NCBI RefSeq assembly: GCF_001194135.2
Contig: NC_068986.1
Coordinates: 50,375,375 to 50,439,320, forward strand
Length of the DNA stretch: 63,946 nt
Direction: 5' to 3'
Source: Octopus bimaculoides
Lineage: Eukaryota
Part shown: piece by piece, positions 11,271 through 23,890 of the stretch
Layout of the letters: every line of letters starts with the position of its first letter
Numbering within the stretch: position 1 is the stretch's first letter
Position numbers and translations under genes: made by a program
Notes under the pieces: model-generated
The model's database searches: none
What the model saw: the letters and a program-made list of their open reading frames with translations, nothing else
Told to the model about the DNA's origin: nothing

Positions 11271-12804
11271 GACACCGATTTTCTTGATACTGATGTCCGG
11301 AACCTCTTGTAATCCGCTAATCTGCACTAATCTACGACCAGAAACTTCAAATTCCCGTGGGCACCGGACTAATTTACTGGTATCTTTTACAAACTAGGTA
11401 GTACCTTGCACAGTTCAGTATTAATCAACTTGTATCATTTACACTAATATACAGGTAGCTGTATTTCATTTAATTATGTAAGTAAATTTAGTATGTAATG
11501 TAGAATGCGTTGACCAATGTCCGGTAAAAGGCTGTAGAAACAATCGATCCAGAAAATCGATGTGTGTAAGTGTTTTTGTATGTGTCCTCACCGCCCACAC
11601 CGCATGGACAGTCGGTGCTGGTTTGTTTACGATCCCGTAACTTAGTTTATATATCAAAGTATTATATTCTCATGTGTCTCCCCAACTTGCTTTTCTTTTC
11701 TGTTTTTATTGAAGCTGGAGGTTGAACGTTGATAGTGAAGACCTCCCCCCTCGTTCGCTCAACGTAAAGATGTGTGTGAGTGGTTACACGCAAACAATTT
11801 TGTTTTACATGTGTTTATTTACGTTCAAAAGTTTTAATGACTCATCCAAAGCTATCGCTGTGTGCGTGCTTTCGATAAACACTTTACAAGTATTAAAATG
11901 TATATTTTTCTTACGGGTTTTATCAACTGAATGTTTACCAACATAGACTATCACTAGTTTCCTCTGATCCCCTATACATATATTTTAAAATTCTACATGG
12001 CTGTGTGTCTAAGAACCACGTGGTTTCACTTTCAGTCTCATTGTGCGATATCTTGGGCAAGTGTCTTTTTTTTTTTTTCTATTATAATCCTGCCTTGTGA
12101 GTGAATTTGGTGGACGGAAACTGTGTGTGTGTGGGTGGGGTGAAAGAGAGAGAGAGAGAGAGTCCGTGCGTCTTAGTTCAATCTGCTTTGCTCTCCAATA
12201 CCGCTTGACAATCGGTGCTGGTTTGTTTATGTCCCCGTTAGTTAGAGGTTCAGCCAAAGAGACTGATAGTATAAGTATCAGAATTTAAAAATAAGTACTA
12301 GGGCCGATGTGCTCCACTGAATCCTTCGAGGTGGTGCCCCAGCTTGGCCGCAGCTCAAATTACTGAAACAAATAAAAGATAAATCTTTTATATATATACT
12401 GCAACTTCAGGTCAACCCTGACTGACACTGACCCATGATCAAAGGCTTTCTAGCCATGACCATCTCGTCTATGTATAAGATACAATCATATCAGGTTTAC
12501 TTTCTCCTGTTTGCTCCCATACCCCCACACTCGTTTCTAAAATGGTATGGTGTGGTTTGAGGGAGATTTGGCTGCTATTTCCAAAAAGTGAAAGGACCAC
12601 GTTTCATGCTGGTATTGCTTAGCCCCAACTCAGCTTCAACTGAGTGACTCATCATCAGATGTTTTATTTTCCATGTGTACTTCCATTGTTAAGACTTTAG
12701 GGTGTGATTTGAGGGAGCTTTGACTGCTTTTTCTAGCAGGGCGATCCACCACAGAGAAGCTCCCTTATTGACCACCACATGTTATTTGTTAATGCTGTTG
12801 TTTG

Positions 12805-13270
12805 ATCTTTTATCTTTTACTTGTTTCAACCATTAGACTGTAGCCATGCTGGGCACCATCTTGGAGAGTTTTTTTAGTCAATTGAAATAACCCTATTATT
12901 TTCTTTTTAAAGCCTGGTACTTATTGTATCGATTTCTTTTGTTGAACCTCTAAGTTATGGAAACGTAAACACACCAACACTGGTTGTTAAACAGTGGTGG
13001 GAGACAAACACAGGCTTATAAACACACACACATACTCTTTTCTTTTATTCTTTTACTTGTTTCAATCATTTGACTGCAGCCATGCTGGAGCACCATCTTG
13101 TAAGATTTTAATCGAGCCAATCAACCCTAGGACTTATTTTTTTAAAGCCTGGTACTTATTCTATCATTCTCTTTTGCTGAACCACTAAGTTACAGAGACA
13201 CACACACGCCAAGACCAGTTGTCAAGCAGTGATGGTTGGGGAACAAACACAGACGCAAAGATACACACAC

Positions 13271-13311
<41 letters not shown>

Positions 13312-13470
13312 CAACGGGCTTCTTTCAGTTTCTGTCTACAAAATCCATTCACAAGGCTTTGGTCAGTGGCTAGAGTAGAAGACACTTGCCCAAGTTGCCA
13401 TGCATGGGACTGAACCCAGAACCAGGTGGTTGGGAAGCAAACTTCTTACCACACAGCCATGCCTGCACCT
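12805..13470 (-). mobile_element. Family B SINEs (partial plus full copy)
   Basis: Reverse B consensus with an internal (TA)n. Confidence 0.75.
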
Positions 13471-14065
13471 AGAGATAAAAGCAAATGTAATGTAGGGTGG
13501 AATATAAATATATTGTAAAGATTAAATTAATCAGGTGCAGGCATGGCAGTAAAAAACTTGCTTTGTAGTCATGTGGTTTTGGGATCAATCCCACCATGCA
13601 GCACCTCGGGCAAGAGTCTTCCGCTATAGCTCCAGGCTAACCAATGCCATGTGAGTGAATATGGTTGATGGAAACTGTATGGAAGCCCATCATGTGTGTC
13701 TATGTCTGTTCCTCAGTATATTTGACAACTGATGGTGGTTTGTTTACATCCTCATAACTTAGCAGTTTGACAACAAAGACCAACGGAATACATATGGGGC
13801 TTAAAATTTAGCACCGGAATCAGCTTCTTTGACTAAATACTTCAACGTGATGCCCCAGCATGGCCACAACCCAATCTCTGAAACAAGTAAAAGATAGAAG
13901 ATAAACTGATCATCCATGGCTAAGACAACTTAAAGTTGTTCTATTAAGACATAATCGTTTTGAGTAGCAAGTGAGTATGATGTGTAAATATATGCCCCAC
14001 TGCTGTAAGAAGGTGGAGCACAGTTTAATTGACAAGTGTTTTGTTAGTTCGTAATACTGAGATGT

Positions 14066-14754
14066 CGTGGAGGCGCAATGGCCCAGTGGTTAGGGCAGCG
14101 GACTCGCGGTCATAGGATCACGGTTTCGATTCCCAGACCGGGCGGTGCGAGTGTTTATTGAGCGAAAGCACCTAAAGCTCCACGAGGCTCTGGCAGGGGA
14201 TGGTGGCGAACCCTGCTGTACTCTTTCACCACAACTTTCTCTCACTCTTACTTCCTGTTTCTGTTGTGCCTATAATTCAAAGGGTCAGCCTTGTCACACT
14301 CTGTGTCATGCTGAATATCCCAGAGAACTACGTTAAGGGTACACCTGTCTGTGGAGTGCTCAGCCACTTGCACGTTAATTTCACGAGCAGGCTGTTCCGT
14401 TGANNNNNNNNNNCACGGTTTCGATTCCCAGACCGGGCGGTGCGAGTGTTTATTGAGCGAAAGCACCTAAAGCTCCACGAGGCTCTGGCAGGGGATGGTG
14501 GCGAACCCTGCTGTACTCTTTCACCACAACTTTCTCTCACTCTTACTTCCTGTTTCTGTTGTGCCTATAATTCAAAGGGTCAGCCTTGTCACACTCTGTG
14601 TCATGCTGAATATCCCAGAGAACTACGTTAAGGGTACACCTGTCTGTGGAGTGCTCAGCCACTTGCACGTTAATTTCACGAGCAGGCTGTTCCGTTGATC
14701 GGATCAACTGGAACCCTCGACGTCGTAAGCGACGGAGTGCCAACACACACACAC
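14066..14754 (+). mobile_element. SINE family A, one copy assembled twice across a 10-N gap
   Basis: A single TSD pair AATACTGAGATGT at 14053 and 14755. The two halves are identical. Confidence 0.85.
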
Positions 14755-14839
14755 AATACTGAGATGTAATTATGTGGTCAGGCATTTGTACACTGAACAC
14801 TGACACAAGTGCCAAATTTTGGTAGACCAAATGTCAATA

Positions 14840-15582
14840 AGCATTTTACCCAGCACAGTAACAATTCTGCCAGGTCGCTGCCTTAAAATTTGAAATAATG
14901 ATAATTACTTGTATAGGCCCAAGGCCTGAAATTTGGAGGACGGAGTTAGTCGATTACATCGAACCCAGTGCTAAACTGGTACTTAGTTTATTGACCCCGA
15001 AATGACAGAGGTCAAAGTCAACCTCAGCAGAATTTGAAGTCAGAACATAAAAGACATGAAATACTGCTAAGTATTTTTACCTCTGTGCTAACGATTCTGC
15101 CAGTTCACCACCAATAATAATAATAATAATAATAATAATAATCCTTTCTACTAAAGGCACAAGGCCTGAAATTTGGGGGAGGAGAACTAGTTGATTACAT
15201 TAACTCCAGTGCATAACTGCTACTTATTTCACCAACACCGAAAGGATGAAAGGCAAGGAAGTCAACCTCGGCGGAATTTGAACTCAGAACATAAAGACAG
15301 ATGAAATGGCGTTAAGCATTTTATCTGCTGTGCTAAGAATTCTGCCAGCTTGCTGCTAACAATAATAAGCCTTCCTACTATAGGCACAAGGCCAGAAATT
15401 TGGGGGAGGGGGTAGTCGATTACATCAACCTCAGTACTCAACTAGTACTTAATTTATCGACCCCAAAAAGATGCAAGGTAAAGTCGACCTCAGCGGAATT
15501 TGAACTCAGAACATGTAGACAGACGAAATACAGCAAAGCATTTTGTTGGGTGTGCTAATGATTCTGCCAGCATGCCACCTTA
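14840..15582 (-). mobile_element. Head-to-tail array of family C SINEs (3 full copies plus one head)
   Basis: On the minus strand: TGGCAGAATCGTTAGC A-box, GAGTTCAAATTCC B-box, CCTTTCATCCTTTCGG core and (TAT)n tails. Confidence 0.85.
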
Positions 15583-15596
15583 ATGATAGTAATAAT

Positions 15597-15993
15597 TGTT
15601 GTTGGCACTCCGTCGCTTACGACGTCGAGGGTTCTAGTTGATCCAATCAACGGAACAGCCTGCTCGTGAAATTAACGTGCAAGTGGCTGAACACTCCACA
15701 AACATGTGTACCCTTAACATAGTTCTCGGGGATATTCAGCGTGACAGTGTGACAAGGCTGGCCCTTTGAAATACAGGTACAACAGAAGAAACAGGAAGAA
15801 AGAGTGAGAGAAAGTTGTGGTGAAAGAGTACAGCAGGGTTCGCCACCATCCACTGCCGGAGCCTCGTGGAGCATTAGATGTTTTCGCTCAATAAACACTC
15901 ACAACGCCCGGTCTGGGAATTGAAACTGCGATCCTATGACTCGCGGTCATAGGCGAGTCCGCTGCCCTAACCACTTGGCCATTGCGCCTCCAC
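15597..15993 (-). mobile_element. SINE family A
   Basis: Full-length reverse copy. TSD GATA(G/A)TAATAAT at 15585 and 15994. Confidence 0.9.
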
Positions 15994-17442
15994 GATAATA
16001 ATAATGATAAAAATAATAATATATATTGGCATCCAAGCTGTTCTTCATACTTCAACAACTTGATCATTAACACACTGCTTCACTGTATGATTAATAATCT
16101 GTATCAGGGATACAATAACAGTATGACAGGACATGCTTCTAATCCATGTTTTTTACACACACACACACGCACATTGATGTCAGCATGGAAAATGGATGTT
16201 AAATGATGATGATGGTATATATTCTTTTATTCTTTTACTTGTTTCAGTCATTTGACTGCGGCCATGCTCGAGCACCACCTTGAAGGTGGTATTTTAGTTG
16301 AAGAAATCGACCCCCTCCCCCCAGTACTTAGTCTATTGGTCTCTTTTACTGCACCGCTAACTTATGGGGATGTAAACAAACCAACATCAGTTGTCAAGCG
16401 ATGGTAGGTGGAGAGAAACACAGACACAAAAACATACACACATAAATAGTTCAAATCCACAAGGGGCTGATTCTGCCCTTTTAAAGTCTTTTTGCAATTG
16501 GGGATGTGAAGAGGTACGATAGAATTGAATGTTCGAGTTTGCACTAATATGATATCACTATCTTTTACTTGTTTCAGTCATTTGACTGTGGCCATGCTGG
16601 GGCACAGTACTTATTCTATTTTTTTAAGCCTGGTACTTGTTCTAATCATCTTTTTTGCTGAAGGCACAGGGATGTAAACAAACCAACATCAGTTGTCAGG
16701 TAGAATGGACAAGGACAGACACACAGATATACACATATATAAAATGGGCTTCTTTCAGTTTCCATCTATCAACTTCACTCTCAGTGCTTATGCTGGCCTG
16801 GTCAGGGCTATAGAAAAAGACACTTGGCCAAAGTGCCACACAGTGGGGCAGAACTCGGTACTCAGTACTCAACTGGTACTTAATTTATCGACCCCAAAAA
16901 GATGCAAGGTAAAATCGACCTCAGCGGAATTTGAACTCAGAACATGAAGACAGACGAAATACAGCAAAGCTTGTTAACTACACAGCCATGCACCACGCCA
17001 TCCTTTCAAGAAACTCATAGGCTACATAAGAGCTTCTGATACTTCCTATAAACACAGGCAAAGCCACTTTATACATATGTGTGTATATTAAGCTTTATTT
17101 GAAACTCATTATCATCATAGTTTAATGGCCACTTTTCTATGCTTCCATGGGTCAAATGTAATTTGTTGAGGCAAATTTTTCAACAGGCCTGATGACTTTC
17201 CTGTTGCCATCTCTATTTACCAAGCAAGGTATCATTTTCCTAAGGTCAGACATGTTTTAGAACCATTATGTGATGTCAAGACTAGGATACACAATACATA
17301 CATACACACACACACGCACAAGAGTTTCTTCCATTTTTTGCCAACCAAATCCAGTAACAAGGCTTTGGTTGGTTCAAGGCTATGGTATGACTAAACACAA
17401 AACCTTATGATTAGGAAGCAGCTATAACTGCGCCTATACTCT

Positions 17443-17646
17443 CTCTTTTACTCTTTTACCTTTTTCAGTCATTTGACTGCGGCCATGCTGGAGTACCGCC
17501 TTTAGTCGAGCAAATTGACCCCAGTACTTATTCTATCGGTCTCTTTTGCCGAACCGCTAAGTTACGGGGACATAAACACACCACCATCGGTTGTCAAGCA
17601 ATGTTGGGGGAGACAAACACTGACACACAAACATATACACACACAT

Positions 17647-17687
<41 letters not shown>

Positions 17688-17846
17688 TACGAGGAGCTTC
17701 TTTCAATTTCCGTCTACCAAATCCACTCACGAGGCCTTGGTTGGCCCGAGGTTATAGTAGAAGACACTTGCCCAAGGTGCCAGGCAGTGAGTATGAACCC
17801 AGAACCATGTGGCTGGTAAGCTACTTACCACACAGCCACTCCTACG

Positions 17847-17848
<2 letters not shown>
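17443..17848 (-). mobile_element. SINE family B
   Basis: Full reverse copy. Confidence 0.85.
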
Positions 17849-17889
<41 letters not shown>

Positions 17890-18362
17890 TTCATCATCAT
17901 CATTTAATGTGTTTTCCATTCTGGTACGGGTTTGACAGGAGCTGACCAGCTGAAGGACTGTTCAGGCTCCGTGTTTGTTTTGGCATGGTTTCTATGATGT
18001 CCTTCCTATTACCAACCACTTTACATAGTGTACTGAGTGCTTTCACGCAGCACCAGCACAGGTACTTTTTATGTGGCACCAACACTTACGAGCCTGCAAG
18101 ATTAGGGATGCTCAGCTGGAGAAGGTTGCTGGAGACAAGCTCATATGCAAGGGCAACCATGCTTTTACTCAGCTTCATGTGTCTTTTCAAGCACAGCAAA
18201 CCACCAAGTGTCTCAATCTTTTGTCATCCCCTCTGTGAGTCCCAACATCTATAGATCCTTTCCCGCCACTTCATCCCATGTCTTCCTGGATCTACCTCTT
18301 CCACATATACCCTCTGTAATTAGATATTGGCATCTCTTGATGCAGCTGTCTCCATTCATACA
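17890..18362 (-). mobile_element. RTE LINE 3' end with (GAT)n tail
   Basis: EGICGRGRSRKTWDEV..MTKD..WWFAVLEKT, followed by the shared 3' UTR. Confidence 0.75.
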
Positions 18363-18367
18363 CACAC

Positions 18368-18413
<46 letters not shown>

Positions 18414-18424
18414 ATGTCAACATA

Positions 18425-18804
18425 GGTGCAGGAGTGGCTGTGTGGTAAGTAGCTTGCTTACCAACCACATGGTTCCTGGTTCAGTCCCACTGCGTGGCAC
18501 CTTGGGCAAGTGTCTTCTACTATAACCTTGGGCCGACCAAAGCCTTGTGAGTGGATTTGGTAGATGGAAACTGAAAGAAGCCTGTTGTGTATATGTATAT
18601 ATATGTGTGTGTGTTTGTCCCCCCCAACATTACTTGACAACCGATGCCGGTGTGTTTACGTCCCCGTAATCTAGCGGTTCGGCAAAAGAGCCCGATAGAA
18701 TAAGTACTAGGCTTACAAAGAATAAGTCCTGGGGTCGATTTGCTCGACTAAAGGCGGTGCTCCAGCATGGCTATAGTCAATTGACTGAAACAAGTAAAAG
18801 AGTA
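18425..18804 (+). mobile_element. SINE family B
   Basis: GGTGCAGGAGTGGCTGTGTGGTAAG head; AAACAAGTAAAAGAGTA tail. Confidence 0.9.
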
Positions 18805-19314
18805 AATTTAACAACCACTTTTCCATGCTTGCATGGATTGGACAGGGTATATTAAGGAAGATTTTCAACAGCCGGATGCTCTTACTATCACCAAATCTAA
18901 CCTGTTTCCAAGCAAAGTCATATTTCTCCAAAGCCAGACATCGTCTTGCAACATATTGGAAATAAATGACAGTTTGTTTCAGAGTGACAATCATTTACAA
19001 TTATTAGATGATGTTTCCTCCGTTTGTCTGGGAAGCGAAGTTCCTACCGTACACCCATGCCTGCGTCTATATATATACATATATACATACATACACCTGA
19101 CAGTAAGTCAAAACCATTTAATTCCAAGATTAAAACAAAAAGTATTTTATATGAGACTTTGCTAATAGATACATGTTGAGAAAAAAAAAAAACGGTGATT
19201 TTTAACTCACAGCATTCAATTATTAAATATTCACAATTAGAATGAATAAATAGAATTAGATATTAAGTATTTATGGAATTTTGATTTACTGCCAGGTGAC
19301 TTTGGCCAACCCTG

Positions 19315-19348
<34 letters not shown>

Positions 19349-20166
19349 TATACACACACATACATATATATGTGCAAACACACACACACATATACACACA
19401 CATACATATACACACACATATCTACACACATACATATATATATATGCGCACACATATATATATACACACACATATATATATACACACACATATATATACA
19501 CACACATATATATATATACACACACATATATATATATACACACACATATATATATANNNNNNNNNNNNNNNNNNNNNNNNNNNNNNNNNNNNNNNNNNNN
19601 NNNNNNNNNNNNNNNNNNNNNNNNNNNNNNNNNNNNNNNNNNNNNNNNNNNNNNNNNNNNNNNNNNNNNNNNNNNNNNNNNNNNNNNNNNNNNNNNNNNN
19701 NNNNNNNNNNNNNNNNNNNNNNNNNNNNNNNNNNNNNNNNNNNNNNNNNNNNNNNNNNNNNNNNNNNNNNNNNNNNNNNNNNNNNNNNNNNNNNNNNNNN
19801 NNNNNNNNNNNNNNNNNNNNNNNNNNNNNNNNNNNNNNNNNNNNNNNNNNNNNNNNNNNNNNNNNNNNNNNNNNNNNNNNNNNNNNNNNNNNNNNNNNNN
19901 NNNNNNNNNNNNNNNNNNNNNNNNNNNNNNNNNNNNNNNNNNNNNNNNNNNNNNNNNNNNNNNNNNNNNNNNNNNNNNNNNNNNNNNNNNNNNNNNNNNN
20001 NNNNNNNNNNNNNNNNNNNNNNNNNNNNNNNNNNNNNNNNNNNNNNNNNNNNNNNNNNNNNNNNNNNNNNNNNNNNNNNNNNNNNNNNNNNNNNNNNNNN
20101 NNNNNNNNNNNNNNNNNNNNNNNNNNNNNNNNNNGTATATGTCTATATATACATATACATACATAT

Positions 20167-20206
<40 letters not shown>

Positions 20207-20371
20207 CAAAGGCAGGTCCTTTGAAATACAGGTACTTCTCATTTTTGCCAGCTGAGTGGACTGGAGCAATGTGAAATAAAATGCTTTGCTGAAGGACGCA
20301 ATGTGTTGCATGGAATTGAACTCACAACCTTGCAACCATGAGCCAAATGCCCTAACTACTAAGCCATGCAC

Positions 20372-20801
20372 CGGATAGAATGGGACTTGCTAAAACTAGG
20401 CCGAAACAGCTGTAAGATTAAACTTCTGTTCATCCTCTAACTCCTTATGTACTTTGTACTTCTATATGTAAACCATGTTGGCAAAATAACAGTCGGCCAT
20501 AGACACCTGTGCTTTGGTTCTTTCTTTCTCTTTCTTTTCTCCCTTTTTTTTGTCACTTTTGCTATGAATTAAATTAATGAATTCAACGGGATACACCGTC
20601 TGCAAGTAGTTGGGTTCAGCATATTATCCTCCATTCTCTAATTGTTACACAAATTTTGGGTAAAACCTCCACTTTTACCCGCTCCCATTGATTGCACCTA
20701 GTATAGCACTAGTGTAGCAATAATTGGGTACCCTCCCAGCAGTATACTGGATAGATACTATCCCTTAGTGGGTTGAACCCCCAACCCCTAACTCTCTCAC
20801 G

Positions 20802-20805
<4 letters not shown>
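20372..20805 (+). mobile_element. Possible Penelope-like terminal-repeat remnant with a degenerate hammerhead (GAAA-CAGCTG-TA)
   Basis: GGACTTG..CTAGGCC imperfect stem II, GAAA at 20403, palindromic CAGCTG, TA. The CUGANGA box is degenerate (CCGGATAGA). The block ends in (TA)n. Confidence 0.35.
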
Positions 20806-20837
<32 letters not shown>

Positions 20838-21354
20838 GGTTAAAATGTCTTACGTTTAAGCTGGTTCCCATGCATTTCCCTGAAGAGAAGATTACATTCT
20901 TATCAACATCACCTATTCCTATGGAAGGTATAATTTGTAATCTTCGAAACACATGTCAGAAATAAAAGTATTCAGTTAACATATGCGTATTACTCCATTT
21001 ACTAAATTTATATATACTCAAGTACCCAAAATAACAAGGAGTTTCTACCTCATAAACAGGAGTTACACCACAGTCACTTTGTGATCTTTGCTACCCTGGT
21101 ATCTATTAACCATTTTATTTTGTCCAAGTTAATTATTAACTAAGAGAAAATAAATACATATAATCAAATATATATATACATATAATCAAATATATATANN
21201 NNNNNNNNNNNNNNNNNNNNNNNNNNNNNNNNNNNNNNNNNNNNNNNNNNNNNNNNNNNNNNNNNNNNNNNNNNNNNNNNNNNNNNNNNNNNNNNNNNNN
21301 NNNNNNNNNNNNNNNNNNNNNNNNNNNNNNNNNNNNNNNNNNNNNNNNNNNNNN

Positions 21355-21385
<31 letters not shown>

Positions 21386-22202
21386 ACACACACACCACAG
21401 GCTTCCACACAGTTTCTGTTTACCAAATTCATTTACAAAGTATTAGTTGAGCTGGAGCTATAAGTAGAAAACATTTGCCCAAGGTGACTGCATGGGGGGA
21501 GGATTGAACCTGAAACCAGGTGGCTGCAGATCAATCTTCTTAACCACACAGCTGTACGTGCACCTGCAGTACTACCGATCAAGATTAGAGAGAGTAAATC
21601 ACCCCAGTATGCGGACTGGCATTACTATAGCACAGAAGCTACTACCACTACACCCAGTCACTCAACCACCACCACCATCGATGCCTCCACTGCCACTATA
21701 ATGTAACTGTCACAGCCATACCCTCTATTTACAATAGTTTAACAAGTAGATTCAGTTCATGTAAACACATTTATTAAGACACTGACACCTTGTATCTCCT
21801 TCACCATGTGCACATCACACTTTCTTTCCCTCGAGTACATAGGTTCACTTGTACCTCACACCTCACTCAACCTCCTTTTCGCATGTGTACCTCTACATGT
21901 GTATATATATATATATATATATGTGTGTGAGTGTGTGTGTGTGTGTGTGTGTGCGTGCTGGACACGCAAACACACATAGTGTTTCGTTGTAAACAATCAC
22001 ATGGATATATATATGAATGAATGTAATCACCACATAGACACACACATACACGCACAGTTCTCTGCTCTCCATCCCTAAAACAATTAAGTTCAGCCCAGGC
22101 ATGAATGTTACACCTCGTTTTCCTATCCACATTAAATGTGGGCTTCATACCTATTTGAAAGGTCATGGCTACTTGTCAATACACATACACACATAGGTTC
22201 AT

Positions 22203-22234
<32 letters not shown>

Positions 22235-22601
22235 NNNNNNNNNNNNNNNNNNNNNNNNNNNNNNNNNNNNNNNNNNNNNNNNNNNNNNNNNNNNNNNNNN
22301 NNNNNNNNNNNNNNNNNNNNNNNNNNNNNNNNNNNNNNNNNNNNNNNNNNNNNNNNNNNNNNNNNNNNNNNNNNNNNNNNNNNNNNNNNNNNNNNNNNNN
22401 NNNNNNNNNNNNNNNNNNNNNNNNNNNNNNNNNNNNNNNGTGTCCACTATGTCTCTCACCTCCACATTACCCCTCTTTTTCTCTCTCTCTCTCTGCCTCT
22501 GTAAACTCTACAATATTTAGAAAGGAAATCCATCAAATATTTGTTACGACAACAGCAATAATGAAAACAAAAAAAAATCCCTTGTTTATTTATTATGATT
22601 A

Positions 22602-22850
22602 AGGTGGTGAGCTGGTGGAATTGTTAGCATGCAGGACAAAATGCTTAGCGGCATTTCACTAAGCATCTTTATGTTCAGAGTTCAAATTCTGCCAAGGCTG
22701 ACATTACCTCTCATCCATTTGCGATCAATAAAACAAGTACCAGTTGAGCACTGGGGTCAATATAATTGACTAACCCACTTCCCACAAAATTTTTGGCCTT
22801 GTGCCTATAATAGAAAGGATTATCATCATCATCATTATTATTATTAGGAT
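22602..22850 (+). mobile_element. SINE family C
   Basis: GGTGGTGAGCTGGTGGAATTGTTAGC head; AGAAAGGATTAT tail. Confidence 0.8.
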
Positions 22851-22854
22851 AGCG

Positions 22855-23342
22855 ACACTAAACTCTGCTTGCAAAGACCTGTTGAGGCAAGTGAAATCGA
22901 AATCAAATTCGCTGACGTGGCCGATGGCAGCACCACCTGACTGGCATCCATGCTAGTGGAACGCTAAGAGCACCATCCGAGTGTGATCGTTGCCAGGGCC
23001 GCTGACTGGTTCCTGTGCCGGTGGCATGTAAAACGCACCATTCGAGCATGACCGTTACCAGCGTTGCCTTACTGGCACGTGAAAAACAACATTTGAGCGA
23101 GGTCATTGCCAGTGCCGCTGGACTGGCCCCTGTGCAGTTAGCACGTAAAAAAATACCATTTGAGCATGGCCGTTGCCAGTACTGCCTGACTGGCCCTCGT
23201 GCCGGTGGCACGTAAAAGCACCCACTACACTCTCGGAGTGGTTGGCGTTAGGCAGGATGCAGCTCCCCAGCTTATTAGTTTTCAGTCAAACCATCCAGCC
23301 CATGCTGGCATGGAAAACAGACATTAAATGATGATGATGATG
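22855..23342 (+). mobile_element. RTE 3' UTR-only copy with four internal 52-66 bp tandem units
   Basis: Repeated AAAxGCACCATTCGAGCG..TTGCCAG..GACTGG..GTGCCGGTGGCACGT units, ending in (GAT)n. Confidence 0.7.
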
Positions 23343-23519
23343 ATTCTTAGATTACTTATTTCAAGCCCATTGCTCTCACTGGGACAAAGGCTATCAGTGA
23401 CTTTTTTTCCCTTGTTCTCAACTCTGAGCTGTCTCTTCTGCTTTTCTCCAGCTGGATCCCTGCTTTTTCAGCTCTACCTCAGTATCCTACCTTCAGTTAT
23501 TTTTAGGGCATCCCTCTCT

Positions 23520-23890
23520 TCCACTAGGGTCTAATGCTTAATGCAAGATGTTGGTTTCCTTAATGTTTGACCTACCCATCCCTGCTTGCATCTTCAAGAT
23601 CTGTTCTTCCACTATCACCTGCCTGCTCCTTTGTTACAGTTCTACATTTCTTATTTTATATGGCCATCTAATTTGAAGAATACACCTCAGTCAGTTATTG
23701 ATGAAGGTCTGTATCTTCTGTAAAGTCCTTTCAGTCCTTCTCCATGTCTCTGATCCACAGAAAAGGACAGAGTTCACATTAGAATTCAAAATACACAATT
23801 TAGTTGTTATGGTCATTTCTCTGGAAGTCCAGATGTTCTTGAGAATGGTGAAGGCTGCTCTGGTCCTGTCTATTGGGCAAGCCATGTACA
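23520..23890 (-). mobile_element. Second RTE (BovB-like) fragment, back-to-back with the previous one
   Basis: RAAFTILKNIWTSREMTITTKLCILNSNVNSVLFCGSETW..KIQTFINN..ILQIRWP. Confidence 0.75.

Noticed and set aside
14068-14140. tRNA genes at SINE heads (many copies)
   Set aside because: A and B boxes are present but the cloverleaf and acceptor stem are incomplete, and each head continues into a SINE body with a TSD.
14118-14698. Apparent tandem duplication of a family A SINE
   Set aside because: The two halves are identical, separated by a 10-N gap and bounded by one TSD pair. This is an unmerged contig overlap.
22960-23230. CRISPR-like spaced repeats
   Set aside because: The units are contiguous degenerate tandem repeats within an RTE 3' UTR.
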